The translations under genes and the position numbers were made by a program. This document shows, piece after piece, positions 18,134 to 29,920 of a stretch of 64,000 nucleotides of DNA (within the stretch, counting starts at the first letter, position 1; every line of letters begins with the position of its first letter). Location of the stretch: the NCBI GenBank assembly GCA_020638675.1, contig JACKID010000001.1:2243261-2307260 (forward strand), in the 5' to 3' direction. The notes beneath the pieces are model-generated. The model ran no database searches. It saw only the letters and a list, made by a program, of their open reading frames with translations, and was not told the DNA's origin. This DNA comes from Planctomycetota bacterium. GTDB lineage: Bacteria; Planctomycetota; UBA8742; UBA2392.

Positions 18134-19258
18134 ATGAAACGCATCCTGGCTGCCGCGCTGCTACTGATTGTCGTCTGCCCGCTGGTTGTGGCTGACGAGC
18201 GCTCCGACGGCGCCGACGAGATTCTCGCCGTCGTGAACGGCAAGGCGATCACGTACCAGCAGATCGTCGGCGACCTCGACATGCAGGCCGAGATCAATGC
18301 CACCCGCACGGTACAGCGCGTCCCGGCCGACATCGCCGACAGCGAGATCGAGCAGCAGCTGGTATTCCAGCGCCTGCGCAACTACATCCTGCAGCGGCTG
18401 CTGGATGCCGAGGCGGATCGCGTGCAGCTCAAGATCAGCGACTCGCAGATGCGCGGGATCATCATCCGCCAGAAGAAGAACCTGGGGCTGCGAGATGACG
18501 ACGTCAAAGCCTGGGCCAGCTACCTCAAGGAAAAGTTCAACCTGACTCCCGGCGAGTACCTGGAGCGGACACGCGGCGAGATCCGGCGCAACGAGATACT
18601 GAACTACATGGCCGGGCTGTACGGCCCGCTGCCGGCGCAGTTCCCGCTGGAAATCTACTTCTCGCTCTCCGTCACGCCGCGCGACGTGCGCGAAGAGTTT
18701 GACCGCACCGCCGACAGTTGGCGCATCGCGCGCAACATCGACTACCGACGTTTCCGGTTGCTGTACCCGCCGGAGGTCGCGCGCGAGAACCAGGCGAAGC
18801 TTTACTCGGCCGTGCTGAACGGTGACAACAGCGTGCGGGAACGGGTAATCAAAGGCGAATCGATGGAGCGCGCCTCAGACGGGCTGAAGAAGCTGATCGA
18901 GGATCTCGGCATACCCGGCGCACAACTGGAGCTCGGCGAGCGCAAGACAGCCAAGGACGACAGTGACCTCGACCCGCTGACCTACCAGATGGTGCTTTCG
19001 GTGCCGGCCAACGGCGGCATCAGCGAACTCGGCTACGCGGAAGACACCGACGACGAAGGCCAGAAGCTTGAGGGTTTCCAGTTCGTCCAGTTGTTCAGCC
19101 GCGAAGATGGTGACCGGCGCAACTACGAAAGCCCAAAGGTGCAGGAGGGCATCCGCGCCGCAATCGAGCGCGAACGCCTCTCGCAGAACCAGGCGAAGGT
19201 GGAGCGTGCGCTGCTGAAACGCGCGGCCATCGTGCCCGAGAAGCTGTTCCAGAGATAA
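18134..19258 (+). CDS. SurA N-terminal-domain-like periplasmic chaperone (no PPIase domain evident)
   Basis: Signal peptide, then ILAVVNGKAITYQQI as in SurA_N / PpiD-like chaperones. It follows mfd, a common mfd-surA neighbourhood. Confidence 0.5.
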   Translation: MKRILAAALLLIVVCPLVVADERSDGADEILAVVNGKAITYQQIVGDLDMQAEINATRTVQRVPADIADSEIEQQLVFQRLRNYILQRLLDAEADRVQLKISDSQMRGIIIRQKKNLGLRDDDVKAWASYLKEKFNLTPGEYLERTRGEIRRNEILNYMAGLYGPLPAQFPLEIYFSLSVTPRDVREEFDRTADSWRIARNIDYRRFRLLYPPEVARENQAKLYSAVLNGDNSVRERVIKGESMERASDGLKKLIEDLGIPGAQLELGERKTAKDDSDLDPLTYQMVLSVPANGGISELGYAEDTDDEGQKLEGFQFVQLFSREDGDRRNYESPKVQEGIRAAIERERLSQNQAKVERALLKRAAIVPEKLFQR

Positions 19259-19322
19259 TTCGCCATAGGCAAACCACTGCTGAAGAGTTAAGTAGCACAG
19301 CAAGCAGCCAGCGGAGCACCGA

Positions 19323-19589
19323 ATGCCAGCGCCACCCAAACGTTACAAGGTCGGCGAGATCATGCGCCACACGGGGCTGTCGCGGCAGACTATCCACAAC
19401 TACACGATGCTCGGGCTGATTCACCCGGTTGAGCGCACCGAGGCGGGCCACCGCCTCTACGACGAGGGCGTCTTCGACCGCATCCGCAAAATCGAGCTGC
19501 TGAAGATCCACCGCACGCTCAACGAAATCCGCGAGATGCTTGAGGAAGAAGACAAGAAGTCCGGCGACGGGCAGAGCGCCGCCGGCTAG
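19323..19589 (+). CDS. MerR-family HTH transcriptional regulator
   Basis: YKVGEIMRHTGLSRQTIHNYTMLGLIHPVERTEAGHRLYDE is a MerR-type HTH. 88 aa. Confidence 0.7.
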   Translation: MPAPPKRYKVGEIMRHTGLSRQTIHNYTMLGLIHPVERTEAGHRLYDEGVFDRIRKIELLKIHRTLNEIREMLEEEDKKSGDGQSAAG

Positions 19590-20662
19590 TTCGGAACCTT
19601 CAACTCGCGACGGCAAGCCGACAACACACGCGCAACCGAGATCGCGTCCATGCAGCGATGATCGATCGGGCATTCCTTCAACTGGCACGGCCATGCATAC
19701 GGCGAGCAATCCACGCGCTCGCGGATCACTTCACCGCGTTCGACGTCCGGCAGCGCCGTATACCGTGGGTCGTTCGGTCCCATGATGCAAACCACCGGCT
19801 TGCCCAGCGCGACGCCGATGTGCCGGGGCCCCGCGTCGTTGGTGAGTATCAGGGCCGCACGCTCATACACGGCCTTCAGCGTGCCGAGATCAAGGCCAAG
19901 GCTGGTCGGGAATTCACGGCCGGCCGCCATGTTCACCGTCTCGGCGTCCGCAATCTCGTTGGGCGCCACGCTCAGCAGGATCTTCGCGCCGTCGCCGTGC
20001 AACTCGTTCAGCACCTCGGCATAGCGCACCGGCGGCCAGAGCTTGCTGGGGCCAAACGCTCCGCCCGGCGCGCAAATCACCAGAGGCCCGCCATCCAGCC
20101 CGCGTTCGGCGATGAACTTCTCGGCCGCCTCACGCTCGCTTTCCGCAATCGGCAGGCTGGGGCGCAGCTCGCCGGGCGGTATGCCGACCTCGTCCAGCAA
20201 CTCCATGAAATAACGCCCGGTGTACTTGGGCAGGAACTTGCCGTCGTCGCCCATTTCGCGTGGACGCCCGGCATGCAGCAGGAAGCTGCGCCCGTCCTTG
20301 AAATAGCCCACGCGTTTCTTCACGCGCCCCTGAAAGAACTGCCAGGCGCTGCTGAAGCTGTTCGGGAAGATGAACCCGAGGTCGAAATGACGCTTGCGAA
20401 GCTCGGCCGCGAAGCGGTTGGCGCCCAGCATCCCCCGGTGGGCCCCCTTGCGGTCGTAGGGAATGACTTCCTTGAACCAGGCGTTGCCCTGAATCAGCGG
20501 CACCCCGGCGGGCAGACAGACCAGGCTGAGACGCTCCTGCCCGAAATGGTCGGCCAGGCGGGCGAAGGCGGGCGTCGCCATGACCAGGTCGCCCAGCGCG
20601 TTGGGCGCGCGTACGACTACGTTGCGGGAGTCCAGAAGGTCGCGTACCATCGAATCGATCAT
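19586..20662 (-). CDS. Glycosyltransferase family 9 (ADP-heptose:LPS heptosyltransferase-like)
   Basis: ~358 aa from the ATG at 20662 (MIDSMVRDLLDSRNVVVRAPNALGDLVMATPAF...), with the GT9 C-terminal TNDAGPRHIGVALGKPVVCIMGP. The longer 660-aa ORF-track N-terminus is rejected. Confidence 0.7.
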   Translation of the reverse strand: MIDSMVRDLLDSRNVVVRAPNALGDLVMATPAFARLADHFGQERLSLVCLPAGVPLIQGNAWFKEVIPYDRKGAHRGMLGANRFAAELRKRHFDLGFIFPNSFSSAWQFFQGRVKKRVGYFKDGRSFLLHAGRPREMGDDGKFLPKYTGRYFMELLDEVGIPPGELRPSLPIAESEREAAEKFIAERGLDGGPLVICAPGGAFGPSKLWPPVRYAEVLNELHGDGAKILLSVAPNEIADAETVNMAAGREFPTSLGLDLGTLKAVYERAALILTNDAGPRHIGVALGKPVVCIMGPNDPRYTALPDVERGEVIRERVDCSPYAWPCQLKECPIDHRCMDAISVARVLSACRRELKVPN

Positions 20663-20677
20663 ATCTGAAGGGCGTCC

Positions 20678-23299
20678 GTGCGCATCATCCGGGACGATTT
20701 CGACAAACTCGTGGAAAGCTTCGGCGCGTCTCGACGCATGGCGACGCGGCTGGGCGCGTTGGCGCGCAACCAGCTGCACGTCTCCGAGACTCTGCTTGAA
20801 TTCGCTCACGACGACGACGGCAAGCCCCTCAGCAAGCTGCTGCTGGCAAAGGCGCTGCTGGATGACGCGGCTGAGCTCGACGATGCCGGGCTGGCCCGTC
20901 TGGCAAAAAAGCAGGACGCCGACTTCTTTGAAGAAAACCCCATCGCACTGCGCCGACAGGACGGAGTACGCGTCATCTGCCTCGCCGAGGAAGCCCCGGA
21001 AGCCGAGCCGGCCGAGCCGCCCCAAGGCAATCTCGCCATGCTGCCGGAAGGCGGCGTCTCCGGCGTGATCGACAAGAACGAGGCCCGCAAGCTGCTCGGC
21101 ACGGACGAAGTTTCGCGCCTCAAGCTGGACCTGGTCACCAGCAGCGACGTCGGTCGAAGGCTTGAGGCCGTGCGCAAGCTCTACCTGACCGAGCTGCCGC
21201 CGGACGAGAAGCTGAAGTTGTTCCTTGCTGCGCTGCGCGATCGCGAGGCCGACGTGCGCGCCGAAGCCGCCCGGGCGCTGGGCGGGCTGGGGCTGGAGGC
21301 GTCGCTTACCGAGAATCTGGCCAAGGCCGCGCGCGGCGCAACCGACGAGCGTGTCGTCGCCATCAGCAACCTCGCCCGCGTGCTGGGCAAGATGGACGGC
21401 GGTCAGCGCAGGCTGGGGCTCAGCCTGCTGATCGAGTTCGTTACGTCCGGCGAGGACAAGGAAGTGGTGCAGGGCTCGCTCGGCGTACTTGCCAACCAGC
21501 TCGTGGAGATGGAAGGCGGCGCAACGCTGGCCCCCCACCTGCACAAGCAGTTGATCGAGCTGCTGCAAGTGCGCTTCAACATGTACGAGGACGCTGCGCG
21601 GAAGGTCTATGGCAGGCTCTATGACGCCGACCGCGAAGGCATGTCCGCCCTGCTGGTCACCAGCGTGGAAGAAGTCTCACAACCGGAGCTGCGCTTTTTC
21701 CTGCTGAGCCTGATTACAGAGCACGACCTGGCAGCCGCTTCGGCCCCGCCCGTGATTGCGCAACTGATCGACGGGCTGACCCACGGCTCCGAGCTCGACC
21801 GCAATTTCCAGGCCTGCTCCGGCGCGCTGACCCGGCTCGGAGAAAAGGCCGTTCCCGGGTTGCTGAAAGCGCTGGACCCCGCCGACGACGCGGCGCGCGG
21901 ACGCGTGATTGACTTGCTGGGGCACATGTTGCGCGGCAGCGACGCGGCCGAGTACCCGTTGAAGAAGGCGACCTCGGCAAAGATTGCGAACGCGTTGCTG
22001 GGGCTCTACTCCGACGCAACGCCTGAGGTCTGCACGGCGCTGCTGGAGAGCGGCTTCTTCGATCATTCGGCACTCAGCAATGAGGCCCGCACCAAGGCGT
22101 CCGAGTTGATCATTGAAAGCATGCACGAGTTCCGCTTCGAGCGGCAGATCGAGCTGGTGCACGCCGCGCTGGAACGCTGCGGGCACTTTGCGCTGGAGCC
22201 GCTGCGCGTTGCGATGCTGGAATCCGCCTACGACGTCACGCGCCTGGCCGCGGCAAAGCTGCTGCCCGAGATCGTCGAGCGCGTGCCGGAAGTATCGAAG
22301 AAAGAGCTGCTGCAACTGCTGGAGTCCATCCGCACCATCACCGACGCGGAAGAAACCGAGTTCCCCGACCGCGGCCCGTTGTACATCGCTCTCGGGCGCA
22401 TCGGCGCGCACGGCAACATGCCGGCCGAGAAAGCCAATGAGCTGGCGCAACTGATGCGCGACCGGCTCGGGCATTCCAGCAACGTTTACGACATCCTCGA
22501 GGGCCTGGGCTACCTCGCCGCGGGTGAGAACCTGGCGAAAGACGAGCGCCTTGAGGTCGGGTATCACCTGCTCACGGTCCTCAAGCGCGGGCTGCCGGGC
22601 ATGTCCGGGCGCATGCGCAAGAATGAAGAGGGCGAAGACGTACTGCACTTCGGGCGCGAGACCACCGCGTACACGGACATGATCCCGCGGATTCTCGAGG
22701 GGCTCGGGCGCATGATCGAGGCCAAGTCCACGCCGGACGTGCTGTTCGAGCGCATCGCCGAAGAGCTGATCAAGCTGTGGACGGAGATCACCGACTACAA
22801 GCGCGTCTGGGCGCCGGCCGCAACGATGACGCTGGCGCGCCTGCTGGGGCGCATCGCGCTGGGCGAGCGCTGCAAGCCGCGCATGGCCGACGACATCACC
22901 GACCTGCTGACGCGCAAGCTGGTGCTGCTGCCGGTGATGCAGGTGATCGCGCAGCTCGTACTTTCGGGCGTAGACAGCGAGCGGATGGACCTCATCGCCC
23001 AGCGCGTGTTCAACGAGCTGGCCAAACGCATCAACGAAGAACCCGGGCCCGAGCCGACCGAACGCCGCCAGATCCTGGAAACGATGACGGCCGTCGCGCA
23101 AAGACCGAAAATGGGCGAGCGCGAGAAGGACGTCGAGCACGCCCGCCGGGTCGTGATCGAGGCGCTGTTCGCCGCGTTGCGGGACCGCGTCTTCCAGGCG
23201 CGCACGATGCTGGAACAACTGGCGGCCAGCAAAGCGCTGTCAGAAACCATGCGAACGGACATCACCCGCCGCCTCAAACCCGCAGCCAAGCGCGGCTAG
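20678..23299 (+). CDS. Large cytoplasmic HEAT-repeat protein
   Basis: 873-aa ORF with a GTG start at 20678 (alternative ATG at 20738), no signal peptide, and repeated ...DVRAEAARALGGLG... HEAT-like units. Its start is 15 bp from the divergent heptosyltransferase. Confidence 0.6.
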   Translation: MRIIRDDFDKLVESFGASRRMATRLGALARNQLHVSETLLEFAHDDDGKPLSKLLLAKALLDDAAELDDAGLARLAKKQDADFFEENPIALRRQDGVRVICLAEEAPEAEPAEPPQGNLAMLPEGGVSGVIDKNEARKLLGTDEVSRLKLDLVTSSDVGRRLEAVRKLYLTELPPDEKLKLFLAALRDREADVRAEAARALGGLGLEASLTENLAKAARGATDERVVAISNLARVLGKMDGGQRRLGLSLLIEFVTSGEDKEVVQGSLGVLANQLVEMEGGATLAPHLHKQLIELLQVRFNMYEDAARKVYGRLYDADREGMSALLVTSVEEVSQPELRFFLLSLITEHDLAAASAPPVIAQLIDGLTHGSELDRNFQACSGALTRLGEKAVPGLLKALDPADDAARGRVIDLLGHMLRGSDAAEYPLKKATSAKIANALLGLYSDATPEVCTALLESGFFDHSALSNEARTKASELIIESMHEFRFERQIELVHAALERCGHFALEPLRVAMLESAYDVTRLAAAKLLPEIVERVPEVSKKELLQLLESIRTITDAEETEFPDRGPLYIALGRIGAHGNMPAEKANELAQLMRDRLGHSSNVYDILEGLGYLAAGENLAKDERLEVGYHLLTVLKRGLPGMSGRMRKNEEGEDVLHFGRETTAYTDMIPRILEGLGRMIEAKSTPDVLFERIAEELIKLWTEITDYKRVWAPAATMTLARLLGRIALGERCKPRMADDITDLLTRKLVLLPVMQVIAQLVLSGVDSERMDLIAQRVFNELAKRINEEPGPEPTERRQILETMTAVAQRPKMGEREKDVEHARRVVIEALFAALRDRVFQARTMLEQLAASKALSETMRTDITRRLKPAAKRG

Positions 23300-23395
23300 A
23301 AGCCGGAGGTTGGAGGTGAGAGGTTGGAATTGGGGCGTTTCCCGGCAGTTCCCCACCTACCGCCTCCAGCCTCCAACCTCCCGCAGTTTTCCACG
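23300..23395 (+). terminator. Long imperfect hairpin plus T-run after the HEAT-repeat gene
   Basis: GGAGGTTGGAGG...CCTCCAGCCTCCAACCTCC followed by cgcagtttt. Confidence 0.4.
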
Positions 23396-23488
23396 CCGTT
23401 CACATTTTCGAATGTCAGCAAACTTTTGACAGCTTTGCTGGCCCGTGTCGCGTGTATCGGTACGCTTGCGCGTCCATCGGAGACGAAC

Positions 23489-24226
23489 ATGCAAGCCCAC
23501 CACTACAAGTTGATGATCTGCGGCCAGCCCAGCTTCCGCGCCGTGCGCGACACCCTGCCCACGCTGGAGTACGAGCCGGGCATGCAGCGCGGCTTCCTGC
23601 TCAGCGCCGAGAGCACGCAGAACCGCGTGAAAGGCCGCTACATCTACACCAAGATCGGCAAGCTGGCCGAGATCGACCCAGAGTCGCTGGAAGTCAAGGA
23701 GACAGCGACGGAGTCACTGGCCGAGTGCGTATTCGAAATCGACCAGCAGAAGGGGCTGGCGAAGGTGCTGCAGCGCCGCGGCGAGCTGAACGCGCTGCAC
23801 GAGGCGCTGGACGCGATCCCGGGCGCGAACGTCGAGTTTGAAGACCTGAACCTGAACCTGTTGGACCTGATGCTCGAGGTGCAGGGCGCGTACAAGAAGA
23901 ATGTCATCAAGAGCCTGCGGATTCACGACTACCTGGCGCGCGAAAACATGCTCGCCAATGCGAGCTTCAAGATCATCGAGCCGCAGGATGGTGAGAAGAT
24001 CGCCGAGAAATTCAGCGACCAGCTTGATGCGTTCACACTCACGCTCAAGCTCCCCGACGGCGCCTGCGCACTGACAGTCACCCGCAAGGGCTCCGTGCGC
24101 GCCAGCGACGACGCGCCGGATGAGCTGCTGTCATTTGTGAAAGACCTGCTGCCCCGCTTCCACGAGGCTGAAGTAGAAACGGCCCAAGTGGTCGACCCGG
24201 TAGCCGCCCAGCGCAAGCGGAGGTAG
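23489..24226 (+). CDS. Hypothetical protein
   Basis: ATG at 23489 (MQAHHYKLMICGQ...). The upstream part of the ORF overlaps a hairpin and is low complexity. No recognised family. Confidence 0.45.
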   Translation: MQAHHYKLMICGQPSFRAVRDTLPTLEYEPGMQRGFLLSAESTQNRVKGRYIYTKIGKLAEIDPESLEVKETATESLAECVFEIDQQKGLAKVLQRRGELNALHEALDAIPGANVEFEDLNLNLLDLMLEVQGAYKKNVIKSLRIHDYLARENMLANASFKIIEPQDGEKIAEKFSDQLDAFTLTLKLPDGACALTVTRKGSVRASDDAPDELLSFVKDLLPRFHEAEVETAQVVDPVAAQRKRR

Positions 24227-24228
24227 AT

Positions 24229-24306
24229 GCGATCCGCCCCGCCCGATAGGGCGGGGTGACGCTCCCAAGATCAAACGCTGAATCCGCGGCCTTTCGGCCG
24301 GGGCGG
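24229..24306. repeat. REP-like double-hairpin intergenic element, copy B
   Basis: gcgatccgCCCCGCCCgataGGGCGGGG, then 27 nt, then CCGCGGCCtttcGGCCGGGGcgg. It is paralogous to 3366-3444 and lies between convergent genes. Confidence 0.6.
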
Positions 24307-24322
24307 GACGGAGCACTCCGAC

Positions 24323-25006
24323 TCAAACGTCCAGGATACGCGTGCAGTTGCGGCAGCGGAGGATTTCTTTACGGGCGCGGATCTGCATCTGTAGCTGCGT
24401 ATTCAGCTCGCTTTGGCAGCCGCCGCAGAACTCGCCCTCGAGGTGACAGAGCGCCTTGCCGGGGTGGCGGGTGTTTACTTCTTCGTACACCTGCAGCAGC
24501 TCCGGCACGACGTTGGCAACAGACTCCGCGCGCGTCTTGTATTCTGCCGCGATTACGGCCTCTGCTGACTTGATCACTTCCCCGTTGGCCGCGGCCGTCG
24601 CTTCGTGCGTCGTGCGGTAGGCTTCGGCTTCCGCCCTCGCGGCCTCAACGTTCTGCTCGGCCGTGGCGACGGCTGCGATGAGGTCCAGGCCCTTCATTTC
24701 CAGCTCGTCGATCTTGGCGCGCTGCTTTGCGGCCGCGTCCATGCCGGCCTCTGTGCCCTGGCCTTCGAGCTGCTTCACGCGCTCGTCCAGCCTGTGCAGC
24801 TCGCCTTCAAGCTCTTTGTGCTCGTTATGCAGCTTGCGCAGCTCTTCCTGCCGCTCGGCCAGCTTGGCCTGCCGTGCCTCCAGTTTGGCGAGGCTGGCGG
24901 CGGTATCGCGATTGGTCTTGTCGATGGTCTCCTGCGCGCGGACGATCGCACGATCGTGTTTCTGCACCGCCCACAGCGAGTCGAGGCTTTCAGCGAATTC
25001 GGACAT
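24323..25006 (-). CDS. Coiled-coil protein with C-terminal C4 zinc ribbon (COG1579/DUF164-like)
   Basis: A long heptad-rich central region and a C-terminal CHLEGEFCGGCQSEL...CRNCTRIL. Confidence 0.6.
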   Translation of the reverse strand: MSEFAESLDSLWAVQKHDRAIVRAQETIDKTNRDTAASLAKLEARQAKLAERQEELRKLHNEHKELEGELHRLDERVKQLEGQGTEAGMDAAAKQRAKIDELEMKGLDLIAAVATAEQNVEAARAEAEAYRTTHEATAAANGEVIKSAEAVIAAEYKTRAESVANVVPELLQVYEEVNTRHPGKALCHLEGEFCGGCQSELNTQLQMQIRARKEILRCRNCTRILDV

Positions 25007-25041
25007 GGCCCGGTTCTAGCCAACGGGCGGTACCCCCGTCC

Positions 25042-25072
25042 AAAACAAAAACCGGCGAGCTCTCGCTCGCCG
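25042..25072 (-). terminator. Rho-independent terminator of rpoD
   Basis: CCGGCGAGC-tct-GCTCGCCGG hairpin. On the minus strand it is followed by TTTTTGTTTTGG (A-run 25042-25051 on the plus strand). Confidence 0.6.
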
Positions 25073-25101
25073 GTTCTTGCGGGCGGGACGCCCGCATCAC
25101 T

Positions 25102-27129
<2,028 letters not shown>

Positions 27130-27238
27130 CTAACCTCTTCCTGTCGCGTTCTACGCGTGACTGTTCCCCCTGCCTTAACGAAGCAGAGTTCCTCGCCCCA
27201 TCCGCTTAATGCCGCCGAATCGATAATTCGGGCGGGCG

Positions 27239-28993
27239 TTATGCCCTTTTGCCGCTCTTTCTGCCCTTCTTTTGACGCAAAACTTCCAGTTTATCTGACG
27301 CACTTTTCGGCCGATTGTCCGCGGCCAGCTTCTGTATTTCCGAGACCAGCCTGCGTTCTTCCTCTTCCGCCACACCGGTGCCGAGGTCGGCGGGGATGCG
27401 TATATGTTCCAGCACCCTCTCCAGCTCGCCGCGGGCTTCGCCACTGACGTGTGACAACAGCGCCCCGGGCACCACTTCGCCATGCTCGTCCCACGCGTTC
27501 AGCATCTCGCGGTACAGCTCGCCCAGTGCCGCCGTTTCAAACGCTTCGGGCGCAAGACTGCTCGACGCCGTCGCCAGAATCTTCGGGTGCTCGAACAGCC
27601 GCCTCAGCACCTCGCGCTCATAGGCCGCGCGTGCGCCGCCGGGTGCCTCGGGCGTGCGCGGGCGTGGTGCTTCTTCGCGCAGCTTTGCTTCCGCGTGGCG
27701 GGCGTGCTCAGCCTCGACCGCGTTCAGAACCGCGCCTTCACGCACATTCAGCGCCGTCGCCGCGCGCCGCGAGTACAGCTCGCGCAGGCTTGGGCTGTCG
27801 GAGCGCCCGATCATGTCCGCCAGTTCGCGCAGTGCCTTCTCGGCCTCCACGGGGCGCTTCAGGTCGTAGCGGCTCGCGAGCACCTCCAGCTTGTAGTCGA
27901 ACGCATCTCTCGCCGCGTCGAGTACCGCCTGAAACGCCTCGGGCCCTTTGCTGCGCAGCAGGTCGAACGGGTCCTTCGCGCCGGTGATTGTCGCGATCTT
28001 CGCGTCCACGCCCATTTCGAGCACTACGTTCACGCCGCGCTCCGCCGCCGCCTGGCCCGCGTCGTCGCCGTCGAGCACCAGCGTGATGCCGTCGCCGTAG
28101 CGACGGGCAAGCGCCACCTGCTCGCGCGTCAGGGCCGTGCCGAGGGGCGCAACAGCGTTGTCGAAACCGGCCTGGTGGGCGGCGATGACGTCCGTGTAGC
28201 CTTCCATCAGCAGCACGCGCCCGGTTTCTTTCAGGCGCTGCGAGTGGGCCAGCTTTTCGACCGCGTATAGCAGCCTGGATTTGTGAAAGAGCAGTCCTTC
28301 GGCCGAGTTCACGTACTTCTGTGCCTTGGCGTCAGGGTCCAGCAGTCTTGCGCCGAAGCCGACGATGCGCCCCCGGGGGTCGCGGATCGGGAAGGTGATC
28401 CGCCCGCGGAAGAAGTCGTACCAGCCGCGGTCTCCCTTGCGGCATAGCCCGGTCGCAAGGATCGTCTCTTCGTCAAACTTCTTCAGGGCGGCGTCGCTTT
28501 GCCGGTGGTACTCGTCCGGCGCGAACCCCAGCCCCCAGTCTTCGGCCGTTTCACCGCCCAGCCCGCGGTCTTGCAGGTACTGTTGCGCGGGCTGGTTCTT
28601 GGCCAGGTTTGCGCGGAAGCCGCGCTGGGCCCACTCCATCATCTCCAGGGCGCGCGCACGTACGCTGCGTTCTTCCTTGCTGGGCCCGCGCCCGCCCTCG
28701 AAGGTGAGGGTGACTCCGCCGCGGTCGGCCAGCTTTTCGACGGCCTCGCGGAAGTCGAGTTTTTCGTAGGCCATCACGAAGTCGATGACGTTGCCGAAGA
28801 CGTTGCAACCAAAACACTTGTAGGTCTGCCGTGAGGGCGAGACCGTGAAGGACGGCGTCTTCTCATCGTGAAACGGGCAGTTGACCCAGAAAGCCGCGCC
28901 CTTCTTGGTCAGCGGCACGTACGACTGGATCACGTCGACGATATCGTTGGCCCTGCGAACCTCCTCGATGCTTTCGCGCGCAACTCTGCCCAA
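27239..28993 (-). CDS. dnaG: DNA primase
   Basis: Zinc finger CPFHDEKTPSFTVSPSRQTYKCFGC, a TOPRIM domain and a C-terminal helicase-binding region. It lies upstream of rpoD on the same strand, the classic dnaG-rpoD arrangement. Confidence 0.9.
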   Translation of the reverse strand: MGRVARESIEEVRRANDIVDVIQSYVPLTKKGAAFWVNCPFHDEKTPSFTVSPSRQTYKCFGCNVFGNVIDFVMAYEKLDFREAVEKLADRGGVTLTFEGGRGPSKEERSVRARALEMMEWAQRGFRANLAKNQPAQQYLQDRGLGGETAEDWGLGFAPDEYHRQSDAALKKFDEETILATGLCRKGDRGWYDFFRGRITFPIRDPRGRIVGFGARLLDPDAKAQKYVNSAEGLLFHKSRLLYAVEKLAHSQRLKETGRVLLMEGYTDVIAAHQAGFDNAVAPLGTALTREQVALARRYGDGITLVLDGDDAGQAAAERGVNVVLEMGVDAKIATITGAKDPFDLLRSKGPEAFQAVLDAARDAFDYKLEVLASRYDLKRPVEAEKALRELADMIGRSDSPSLRELYSRRAATALNVREGAVLNAVEAEHARHAEAKLREEAPRPRTPEAPGGARAAYEREVLRRLFEHPKILATASSSLAPEAFETAALGELYREMLNAWDEHGEVVPGALLSHVSGEARGELERVLEHIRIPADLGTGVAEEEERRLVSEIQKLAADNRPKSASDKLEVLRQKKGRKSGKRA

Positions 28994-29285
28994 GTTGTGT
29001 CCTCAGTCGGGTTGTGGGCGCCCTCCAAAAGCGCTCGCGCACTGCCGTATTGGCAGAAGCCCCGAATCATGGGAACGTATCACACGAATCCGGCATCGTC
29101 AAATGGGGGACTTGACAAGACCGGGTTTTCCCCAATCGGCTGAAAGCCTTAGTTCAATATGGTTTCAGCGCGGTTTCGCACACGGTGTTCGACCCGTGCT
29201 TGACATGGTTGAAACGCTGAATACCTTGTTTTGCTCGATTCTCGGCACCGTCAGGGCCGGGAATTTCGTTTGAGACTGACGCCCA

Positions 29286-29362
29286 GCCCCTATCGTCTAG
29301 CCGGCCTAGGACGGAGCCCTCTCAAGGCTCAGACACGGGTTCGAATCCCGTTAGGGGTACCA
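29286..29362 (+). tRNA. tRNA-Glu (anticodon CUC) with encoded CCA
   Basis: The cloverleaf was folded by hand. The acceptor stem is GCCCCTA/TAGGGGT, and the D-arm GTCTAGCCGGCCTAGGAC closely resembles E. coli tRNA-Glu. The anticodon stem GAGCC/GGCTC carries the loop CTCTCAA (anticodon CTC), followed by the T-arm ACGGGTTCGAATCCCGT and ACCA. Confidence 0.8.
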
Positions 29363-29370
29363 GACAGTGC

Positions 29371-29411
29371 GGGCCGCTTGGTCGCTTGCCGACTGGGCGG
29401 CCCATTTTTTT
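29371..29411 (+). terminator. Rho-independent terminator after tRNA-Glu
   Basis: GGGCCGC...GCGGCCC stem with an inner GTCG/CGAC pairing, followed by a T-run at 29405-29411. Confidence 0.6.
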
Positions 29412-29656
29412 GCGATGCGACCAGCTCCCCTCTCGCCCCGACACGGGGGAGAGCCATGGGCCATGAACGGCCTACGCGAGCGACACCTGCCAGTACGTTG
29501 CCGGCAGCGGTACAGAAATCCGCAAATTTACGACACCGTCGACTTGGACCGACTTGCCCTGATGTGACTTCGACGGTTGGACACTCGACCTAGTAGCCGC
29601 TGCCGCCGACCCGGAAGACGCGATCAAGCGCCTGCGGCATCGAGAGGGAGTCGCTC

Positions 29657-29920
29657 ATGAGGCGGATCCCCGGCAAACGCTGCAACATTCAAGGGTGCGA
29701 CCGCAAGGCGTCGCCCTCAAGCAGCTGGTGCGCATACCACCGCAAGCACTACGACGACATCGACCCTCCCGCCGAGCTGCAGCGCCCTCCCGACGCAGAC
29801 TTGCTTGACACCGGCATGCGCTCGACAGTGACCTGGCCGGCGCGGTTGGCAACGACGATGCCCTCATCGGGCTGCCGCTTGCCGTGCTCATCCTTACACT
29901 CCCAGGGACTCAGGCCGTAG
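29657..29920 (+). CDS. Small Cys-rich ORF (possible zinc-binding protein); mutually exclusive with a minus-strand ORF at 29749-29994
   Basis: GGGAG SD before the ATG and the N-terminus MRRIPGKRCNIQGCDRKASPSSSWCAYHRKHY (a CxxxxC...CxxH pattern). The overlapping minus-strand ORF (MMETKGLGMFDS...) has equally good GC3, so the two are unresolved. Confidence 0.25.
   Translation: MRRIPGKRCNIQGCDRKASPSSSWCAYHRKHYDDIDPPAELQRPPDADLLDTGMRSTVTWPARLATTMPSSGCRLPCSSLHSQGLRP

Noticed and set aside
19658-20668. 336-aa plus-strand ORF inside the heptosyltransferase gene
   Set aside because: Antisense to the GT9 gene, with Arg/Ala/Gly-rich composition and no start context.
21677-23218. 513-aa minus-strand ORF inside the HEAT-repeat gene
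   Set aside because: Antisense artefact. The plus frame has coherent HEAT repeats over 870 aa.
23400-23488. TTGACA at ~23425 upstream of the 23489 gene as a sigma-70 -35 element
   Set aside because: The best downstream -10 candidate (TATCGG) sits at a 23-nt spacing, too long for a canonical promoter, so it is not reported as a feature.
28994-29285. TTGACA hexamers at ~29112 and ~29195, which would fit a -35 element for the tRNA
   Set aside because: No convincing -10 (only TACCTT-like) at 17±1 spacing. Kept only as a note, not as a feature.
29231-29593. 120-aa and 66-aa plus-strand ORFs overlapping tRNA-Glu and its terminator
   Set aside because: They span a structural RNA gene and terminator with no SD. 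Spurious.
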